Below are positions 57,885 through 64,000 of a stretch of DNA of 64,000 bases, piece by piece; the stretch's first letter is position 1, and each line of letters starts with the position of its first letter. The stretch comes from an uncultured Cytophagales bacterium (GTDB taxonomy: Bacteria > Bacteroidota > Bacteroidia > Cytophagales > Thermonemataceae), in assembly GCA_937911505.1 (NCBI GenBank), contig CALEMF010000031.1, positions 16,805-80,804 on the forward strand, in the 5' to 3' direction. The notes under the pieces are model-generated. The model did not search any database, was not told the origin of the DNA, and was given only the letters and a program-made list of their open reading frames with translations. The position numbers and the translations under genes are program-made.

Positions 57885-58787
57885 TTAATCACAATTGGCA
57901 ACAAAAAGGGGATTATTATCACTCTTAATGCTAGTAGTTTCGGTTTTGGTTATGTTTATTTTCGTAAAAGGAATTAGTTCATTAGGACTGATATTTTCTT
58001 TATCTTTAAGGGCTGGAAAAAATTCATTTCTATATTCTAATACGTCTGGTAGTAATGATTTTCCACCATATTGTTTTAAGAATTCTGTATCTTCTTTATT
58101 CCTTGTTTTGAGTGGTCTTCTAGGAGATCCTTTGTCATCCGGGCCAAAAAAAAGTGTATGGTCTTTAAAAATTGCTTTAAAATCTGTAACAGCGGTATAC
58201 TGTCGTGAAAGGGTAATAATTAGTATATCATTATGCTTCTCTGGGATGGTGTAGGTAAATACCTGATATGTAGCGTCTGTATCCGACAGACTATAGCGAT
58301 TGCTTTCTTTTTTTGCCAGGCGTAAGGTGGTAAATGGTTTTGGTACCTCTATTGAATACTCAGGTTGAAAACAGTTTGCTTTTTTGTTAAAAATTGGGCG
58401 AAACGGTTGATCATCTGCTAACTGGGCATACACCTCCTTTTTATCATCAAAGCCAAAGCGAAGGTGTTTTTTGTTTTCGATGTTTGTATTTTCTCTGCTA
58501 TATACTATGAATTTGGGTTCTTTCCTGGGACTAAAGGAAATAATACTATCCTGTATTTTCCAGGTTCCGAAGTTGATTCCCCCGAAATATACCACATAGA
58601 ATGTTTGATCCGCCCGCATAATAAGGTGGACTCCTCCCTCTGGGGGAGGGTTTTCTAACATATTGTAGGTACCTTCGATATCTTTAAGTATTTCCTTCTT
58701 TTGTTGAGACCATATCGGTTGCGTATGGGCAGTAAGTAGCACCATAAGGGTTACTATTGTCTTATATGTTTTAGCGAGATGCTTCAT
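57885..58787 (-). CDS. hypothetical secreted protein (300 aa)
   Basis: Signal peptide (IVTLMVLLTAHTQPIWSQ). AT-rich. No motif recognised. Confidence 0.5.
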   Translation of the reverse strand: MKHLAKTYKTIVTLMVLLTAHTQPIWSQQKKEILKDIEGTYNMLENPPPEGGVHLIMRADQTFYVVYFGGINFGTWKIQDSIISFSPRKEPKFIVYSRENTNIENKKHLRFGFDDKKEVYAQLADDQPFRPIFNKKANCFQPEYSIEVPKPFTTLRLAKKESNRYSLSDTDATYQVFTYTIPEKHNDILIITLSRQYTAVTDFKAIFKDHTLFFGPDDKGSPRRPLKTRNKEDTEFLKQYGGKSLLPDVLEYRNEFFPALKDKENISPNELIPFTKINITKTETTSIKSDNNPLFVANCD

Positions 58788-59094
58788 ATATTTTTATCTT
58801 AGCTTTTTCTATGACTACCGTATCGTTTTCGCTTTCTAAACTAATTCTTAGGTTGCTGTTATATTTATCGATTTCTATGACTAGTGCTGATTGCGTAGTT
58901 TTCGGATTAGCGTATATTGTTTTAAATGCTTCCCATATTTCGGTTTCATCAAAATAGACCCTACCACCATATTTATTACCGTTTTTATCGCTCCAACCAA
59001 AAAATGTACATTTTGTAGGTGGGAAGTTTTGGTACTCGCTTATTATCGGATTATCCAACTTGGCTAAATAAAACTCATTTAGACAATCTGACAC
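58771..59094 (-). CDS. hypothetical small cytoplasmic protein (107 aa, GTG start)
   Basis: ORF with a GTG start and no internal Met. It overlaps the next gene by 17 nt. AT-rich. No motif. Confidence 0.3.
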   Translation of the reverse strand: MSDCLNEFYLAKLDNPIISEYQNFPPTKCTFFGWSDKNGNKYGGRVYFDETEIWEAFKTIYANPKTTQSALVIEIDKYNSNLRISLESENDTVVIEKAKIKIYEASR

Positions 59095-59147
59095 GTTACC
59101 ACCGTCTAGATGTTTAAAGCTGGGTTTCCAGGTAAACCGTTCTCGAT

Positions 59148-59238
59148 AGGTGTTTATCCTCTCAAATATAGGAAATTATCTCAAAACTTGTACCCATCCC
59201 TTGCAAATCTGCCCTGTTTCTGAGGTGATAAGGTAGTA
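59148..59238. repeat. 91-nt direct repeat, copy 2 (3-prime end and flank of paralogue 2)
   Basis: See copy 1 at 57481-57571. Confidence 0.85.
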
Positions 59239-62200
59239 ATACATACCCGCCTCAACACCTGCTCCCCAGTCATTCTGATAGTTGCTACTTTGGAAAACAC
59301 GCTTTCCCCATCGGTTAAAAATCTCAATTTGAAAGGGCTCACCTACTAGCTCAAAAGTCTCATTATAGGCATCTCCATTGGGGGTAATCACATTCGCTAT
59401 GGCTACACTGGTATTCAATACTTCGATAGTCTGTTGGGTAGCGTAGGTACAATTCCCTATTTCTCCTTCTACCGTGATGGTATAAGTACCAGGGCTTTCA
59501 TATACGTAGGCTTCTGGTTGCTCACCTGAAAAAGTAGTACCATCTCCTAAATCCCAAGTGAATCGTTCAGCACCCGTAGATTGGTTAGTAAAAACAGCGG
59601 CAGTAGGCTTACCACATTCTTCTTGAAGGTCGATAGTAATATCGAAGTCTATAGTAGGTACAACTGTAATCAAGACAGTACTATCTACCCGACAACCACT
59701 GATATCGGTTAAAGATACGGTATAAAGGGTAGTGGTGTCTGGACGAACAATGGGTTGGTTGCTATCCGCTCCTTCCATACGCTCGGTAGGTGACCATTGG
59801 TAGCTCAGTGAGCCATTTGCTTGTAATTGTATACTTTCTCCTTCGCAGATAGTGGCTGGAGCGCTCACGCTGAAGGGGGTCAGGTACTCGGGTTGTACTG
59901 ACTGGGTAATACTTTTACTACATAGAATATTACGGGCAATCAGTGTTACTTCCTGTGGGCTTTCTTCATCGTATAGATAAGGAGGCGGCGTAAAGGTATC
60001 AAAGGTTTGTCCATCAATCAGCCACGTGTAAGTATCAGCATTTTGCGAAGTGTTAACGAAACCTATTCGGGCGGGTTGTCCACAGTCTTTCACCAATTGC
60101 CAAGTGAAGCTAGGTTGTATATCAGGTAATACATTCACCCTCACTGTCTCGGTGGTGGTACAGCCATTTTCATCGCTCATTTGTACTTGATACAAAGTAG
60201 TATCAACAGGAGAAGCAACTGGGTTGGCGAGGGTAGTATCGCTAAGCGAGGCAGCCGGCGACCAAGCAAATTGTGTATTTCCTGTGCCGCTGGCAGAGAG
60301 GGTTACAGATGCTCCAAAGCAAATGGTTTGCTCACCTATTACTTGGAAGTTGGTCGGAAAGACCTCAATGTTTTTCTCCACAATGACTTCTTGGGTGCAA
60401 GAGGCTTGGTTGCGCACTGTCAGCCTAATGGGGTAAGTGCCACCCGTGCGAAAGGTATAGGGGATATCTGTGACGGTTGTTTGGCTTATAGTATCCAAAC
60501 CAATGATTTCCCAAGTAGCTTCTCTGGCACCAATACCATCGTAACGAAGAATCACCTCCAAATCAGTACAGCCCTCCGAAATTTCAGTCAAAGTAACAGG
60601 ATCGAGAATCTGGAAGTCAGCTTGGAGAATATCTGTATTAAATTTAAAAGCGGCATTATTACAGTTAAAACTATTATTAGTACGAGACCAAGCGCCCGGT
60701 GTAGTGGGGAAGTTATCAAAAAAACCACCACAAGCACAGGTAGCGTGGTAAATCGTACCATCTTTGGCAAAGCGAGAGGTACCGCCGTCTACGTGATCTT
60801 CGTCGGAACCGCCTAAAAAAGTAGCATATAGCAAGCTGTTAAAGTCTTTTTCTAACACCATAATGTAAAAGTCGCTTCCGTCTGTATTACTATCAAAAGC
60901 ATCAGCGGTAACGGGAAGACCAAAAGTACTACTTGAAGGATTACTACCTGTGTTAACAATACCCCCCCATCCTGTGAGGTAAATATTACCACACTCATTG
61001 ACCAAAAAAGCGGTAGGGGATATATCAGGCTGGCCATCGCCACTCCCAATAACAGTGGAAAGCAATGAAGTAGTCAAATCACCACTGAGCTTATGAATAA
61101 ATTGTCCGCTGTTGGCGTTTTGGTAGACACCTGCTGAGACAGGGTAGCTCCCAACGTTATTCCCAAAAGCGTATACATTTCCTTCGGGATCCAAGTCAAT
61201 GAAGAAAATTTGGCTGGCTTGGTTGGCACCTACGTAAGTAGCGGCTAAGAAATTACCAGCGTCATCAAACTGCGCAATAAAGCCTTTCTCGTTGCTGTTA
61301 AGTGGATAAGTAGGAATCATAGCCGTAGGAGAGGTAGGGAAGTCATCGCTTTGGGTTGCGCCTCCTACATATACCTCGTTGTTGGCGTTCAACTTGATGG
61401 AGTGCCCAAAGTCCGCCTCACTACCCCCTAAAAAAGTACTCCAAACGATGCTCGAAAGGTCAGACGGTAACTTCATCACTACTGCCTCTTGCGCACCTGC
61501 GCTGGTGCTTTGATAAGCATTGACTTGAGGGAAATCACTAGACTCAGTTGTAGTAGCGATGTAAATGAAGTTGAGCGAGTCGGTAATAATATCTCCTCTA
61601 AAGCTATCACCATAGTTCCTAATGACGGTAGCATTACTTAGATTGACCCCATCGTTTTGATTACCGCCGATGTAAGTGCTTTGTAAGAGTTGTGTACCGT
61701 CATTGCTGAGTTTACTAACGATCAGGTCACTCCCTGCTGTATAAAATACGCCACCAAAAGGAGAGAAGGGGATACCGCCATTAAAGGTACTTTGAAGTGC
61801 TCCTGCTGTAGTAGGGAAATCGTTAGAGCTGGTAGAGCCTAACACTAGTAAATCACCGTTTTGATCTACTACGAGGCTATGGGGTGTTTCTGCAGCAATG
61901 CCTCCTAAGTAGGTAATATAAAGCGCATTTGTACCTGTAGCATTGTACTTGATAATCCCCATATCAATATTGCCATTAAAGTCTACATCAAACGCACCGG
62001 TGGTGGTAGGGAAACCCATCCCAAACACGATACCACCAGAGTAAAGATTGCCTTCCCCGTCATAGGTAGCGGTATTACCCCAGTTGTCTTGAGGGGAGCC
62101 AGAGAAAGTAGAAAATACCAACTCAGGATCGATCAAGAGCCGTTGGGTACGTCGGTAGTTTTTATCTATTTCAAAGGAGACGATGTTGTCTTTTAGCTGG

Positions 62201-62883
62201 AAACTGCTCGCTATTTTCTTCCATTTACCACTTACTTGTTGAAAGGAGATGGGGTGTGACTCGATCACCGTACCAAAGGGGGTGGGAATTTCTAAATGGC
62301 CTTCCTTCAACTGTAGATTATGGGTATGCTGGTACTGTAACTGAATTTTTTGATAATCTGCTCCTGGCGCTACTAGAAATTCGTACTTGAGTTTTTGTCC
62401 TTTCTTGAACAGACGTAAGTCGATGCCTGGATAAACATCCTGATAGACTACCTCACTGTAACTTTGTACATTGCTTGCCCAACGATGTGACTGGTTTCCT
62501 AAAAAAAATTGATAAGGGGTTGCTTTAGTGGCTGCTTTTTTATGGAAAGTAACTTTTGGAGAAGTGGCTAGCAATTTTACCTCATAACTATACGCTTGGA
62601 TGCGCGAAGAGGGAGCGAATTGTCGTCGATGTTGGTGCTTATGCTCGTGAGAACTGTCGTGGGTATGGTGTAATGCTTTTACGGCAGTTTGGTCATAAAA
62701 GCTAAATTGTAGTGCCTCTTTTTTTAGAAAAAGGAAGCCATTAGGGATAGCAGCGCGAAAAAGTACTTCTTCGTCCCATTGTCCTTTATTTTCTATGAAG
62801 ACAGGCAAGGAAGCCTCTTGGGCGTAACAAGGAGAAAGAAAAAGGCAAGTGTATAGTAAGAGAAGTAGTAGTTTTCGTTCCAT
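59176..62883 (-). CDS. giant secreted protein (1235 aa) with the same architecture as 53617..57465 and a T9SS type B C-terminal domain (paralogue 2)
   Basis: Signal peptide. N-terminal region colinear with paralogue 1 (IENKGQWDEEV...GFLFL...LIDPELVFSTFSGS.QDNWGNTA). Beta-propeller-like repeats and WSPA..L.D...ANP modules. C-terminal VITPNGDAYNETF...IFNRWGKRVF...GMYYYLI...GWVQVLR. Confidence 0.85.
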   Translation of the reverse strand: MERKLLLLLLYTCLFLSPCYAQEASLPVFIENKGQWDEEVLFRAAIPNGFLFLKKEALQFSFYDQTAVKALHHTHDSSHEHKHQHRRQFAPSSRIQAYSYEVKLLATSPKVTFHKKAATKATPYQFFLGNQSHRWASNVQSYSEVVYQDVYPGIDLRLFKKGQKLKYEFLVAPGADYQKIQLQYQHTHNLQLKEGHLEIPTPFGTVIESHPISFQQVSGKWKKIASSFQLKDNIVSFEIDKNYRRTQRLLIDPELVFSTFSGSPQDNWGNTATYDGEGNLYSGGIVFGMGFPTTTGAFDVDFNGNIDMGIIKYNATGTNALYITYLGGIAAETPHSLVVDQNGDLLVLGSTSSNDFPTTAGALQSTFNGGIPFSPFGGVFYTAGSDLIVSKLSNDGTQLLQSTYIGGNQNDGVNLSNATVIRNYGDSFRGDIITDSLNFIYIATTTESSDFPQVNAYQSTSAGAQEAVVMKLPSDLSSIVWSTFLGGSEADFGHSIKLNANNEVYVGGATQSDDFPTSPTAMIPTYPLNSNEKGFIAQFDDAGNFLAATYVGANQASQIFFIDLDPEGNVYAFGNNVGSYPVSAGVYQNANSGQFIHKLSGDLTTSLLSTVIGSGDGQPDISPTAFLVNECGNIYLTGWGGIVNTGSNPSSSTFGLPVTADAFDSNTDGSDFYIMVLEKDFNSLLYATFLGGSDEDHVDGGTSRFAKDGTIYHATCACGGFFDNFPTTPGAWSRTNNSFNCNNAAFKFNTDILQADFQILDPVTLTEISEGCTDLEVILRYDGIGAREATWEIIGLDTISQTTVTDIPYTFRTGGTYPIRLTVRNQASCTQEVIVEKNIEVFPTNFQVIGEQTICFGASVTLSASGTGNTQFAWSPAASLSDTTLANPVASPVDTTLYQVQMSDENGCTTTETVRVNVLPDIQPSFTWQLVKDCGQPARIGFVNTSQNADTYTWLIDGQTFDTFTPPPYLYDEESPQEVTLIARNILCSKSITQSVQPEYLTPFSVSAPATICEGESIQLQANGSLSYQWSPTERMEGADSNQPIVRPDTTTLYTVSLTDISGCRVDSTVLITVVPTIDFDITIDLQEECGKPTAAVFTNQSTGAERFTWDLGDGTTFSGEQPEAYVYESPGTYTITVEGEIGNCTYATQQTIEVLNTSVAIANVITPNGDAYNETFELVGEPFQIEIFNRWGKRVFQSSNYQNDWGAGVEAGMYYYLITSETGQICKGWVQVLR

Positions 62884-62934
62884 ATAAGTAATTGAAATTA
62901 CCTAGCATATATCACCCAAATATACAAAAAGTGA

Positions 62935-63798
62935 CTATTTATCAGTCTCCTTTTTGGGATTGAGTGTCACATCTTTTTTATATTCTTTATAAGTTGCTTG
63001 TGTCAATTCAGTAGGGGCAGCCTTTGCTGAGGGTGCTTTTAAAATTTTCGTGAGCAAATACTCTGGGGTGTATATGTAGCGCGTGAGGCCTCGCTCGTGT
63101 TGGTGCTCCACCAACTGCCCCGCTGGATTATAACGATAGATATTTTCCACAGGGGCTTCCTGAAGAAATTGTTCGTATGTTTTCACCAAAGTATTGTCTG
63201 CATAGTACTCGTAAATAGTTGTTGAGATCACTTGGCTGCTGTCTGTTTTTTGAAATACGATTTGTTCCTTAAAACCTTCAGGATTGTATGCATAAAAGGT
63301 AGCCTGACTAGAAGGGACGAACTGCTTGGTAACAGGATCAGGGTAAAACTCTTGTACTTTCATCAACTGATCTTGTGCATTGTAAGTATACGTTTTTTTA
63401 TTCTCGGGTGTATGTATGGCTGTTAGACGCCCCTCATAAGTACGCAGGTGTTCTTCTACTATTTCTACTTTATTTTGGGCGCTATAGTATATCTTCTTCT
63501 TAAGCTGTCCAAGGCTATTATAGGTATACTTGATGTAGGAACCATCGAGATGATTGCTTTCTTTGATTACTTTTCCTCTTCTAGAAAATACATAAGAGGT
63601 TTGCACCTTTCCTTTCCCTTGAAGCTGATTGTTGGCCAGTAGATAAGTAGTGAGCGTAGCGGTTTGTACATTATACTTTTGCATCAAAGAATCTGGAAAG
63701 CAGAAAGGGTTTTGTGCCATAGCAGGTAAACAACCCACTGACATGAAAAAGAGGTATACACCAACAGGGAGGATACCATAGAATCGTTTTTTCTTCAT
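62935..63798 (-). CDS. secreted protein with YD/RHS-like short repeats (287 aa)
   Basis: Signal peptide. Recurring Y.YN..GQL/Y.YNP.G blocks: YTYNSLGQLKKKIYY, YTYNAQDQLMKV, YAYNPEGFKEQ and YRYNPAGQLVEH. Confidence 0.5.
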   Translation of the reverse strand: MKKKRFYGILPVGVYLFFMSVGCLPAMAQNPFCFPDSLMQKYNVQTATLTTYLLANNQLQGKGKVQTSYVFSRRGKVIKESNHLDGSYIKYTYNSLGQLKKKIYYSAQNKVEIVEEHLRTYEGRLTAIHTPENKKTYTYNAQDQLMKVQEFYPDPVTKQFVPSSQATFYAYNPEGFKEQIVFQKTDSSQVISTTIYEYYADNTLVKTYEQFLQEAPVENIYRYNPAGQLVEHQHERGLTRYIYTPEYLLTKILKAPSAKAAPTELTQATYKEYKKDVTLNPKKETDK

Positions 63799-63813
63799 TC
63801 GTATAATCTTATT

Positions 63814-64000
63814 TTACAACCATTCCCAAGCGCTTCTGTAAGCGTCTATCTTTTCAATGTAAGCTAAGAATGCCTGGTAGAACGGATGGTTAGCCAAGGT
63901 AGCGCTATCGCCTACAACTACCAATTTCTTTTGAGCACGCGTAAGGGCTACATTCATACGGCGTGTATCACTCAGAAATCCAATCTGTCCTTCGGCGTTG
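63814..64000 (-). CDS. SF1 (Upf1/IGHMBP2-like) helicase, C-terminal fragment (gene continues beyond the window end)
   Basis: The reverse frame reads NAEGQIGFLSDTRRMNVALTRAQKKLVVVGDSATLANHPFYQAFLAYIEKIDAYRSAWEWL* (helicase motif VI and tail). The stop is at 63814-63816. Confidence 0.75.
   Translation of the reverse strand, partial: NAEGQIGFLSDTRRMNVALTRAQKKLVVVGDSATLANHPFYQAFLAYIEKIDAYRSAWEWL

Noticed and set aside
57481-59238. Whether the 91-nt direct repeats mark an insertion sequence or another mobile element.
   Set aside because: There are no transposase or integrase genes and no terminal inverted repeats. The repeats are simply the duplicated 3-prime end and flank of paralogous genes.
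1-64000. CRISPR arrays, tRNA/rRNA/tmRNA genes and riboswitches in the intergenic regions.
   Set aside because: A visual scan found no regularly spaced direct repeats, no tRNA T-arm consensus (GGTTCGAATCC-like) in intergenic DNA and no recognisable riboswitch cores. This was not an exhaustive computational search.

Overview
This is a chromosomal segment from a Bacteroidota genome (Cytophagia/Flavobacteriia-like). The phylum call rests on several T9SS type A and type B C-terminal sorting domains, the truB-uppP-DUF3098-ftsX synteny, a b558-type sdhCAB operon and TAnnTTTG-like promoter boxes. I count about 50 protein genes and saw no rRNA, tRNA, CRISPR array, integrase or transposase. Recognisable genes are an RND efflux operon (adaptor, pump, outer membrane factor), truB, uppP, ftsX-like, an ECF sigma/anti-sigma pair, mtaB, a HisKA_3/LuxR two-component pair, sdhCAB, adk, a PhoD phosphatase, recQ and smpB. 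There are also several secreted T9SS cargo proteins, including three very large type B proteins. The most unusual region is a tightly packed minus-strand four-gene cluster at 27.5-33.8 kb. It encodes a Dna2/Nhi-like PD-(D/E)xK nuclease plus SF1B helicase, an unknown 246-aa helical protein, a T4 Rnl1-type RNA ligase and a GLIC/ELIC-like pentameric ligand-gated ion channel. I know of no described system with this combination. Next to it, five copies of a GGGTGTTTT core form two hairpins directly upstream of a promoter-plus-terminator unit that has no ORF, which is a candidate small RNA. Two conserved genes each carry a single in-frame nonsense codon: nupC (TAA) and the helicase (TAG, inside motif VI). 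Two paralogous giant T9SS type B genes are arranged in tandem. Between them lie a chimeric relic of a third copy and an AT-rich two-gene insert, and this segment is bracketed by 91-nt direct repeats. All functional calls come from motif recognition by eye; no database search was run.
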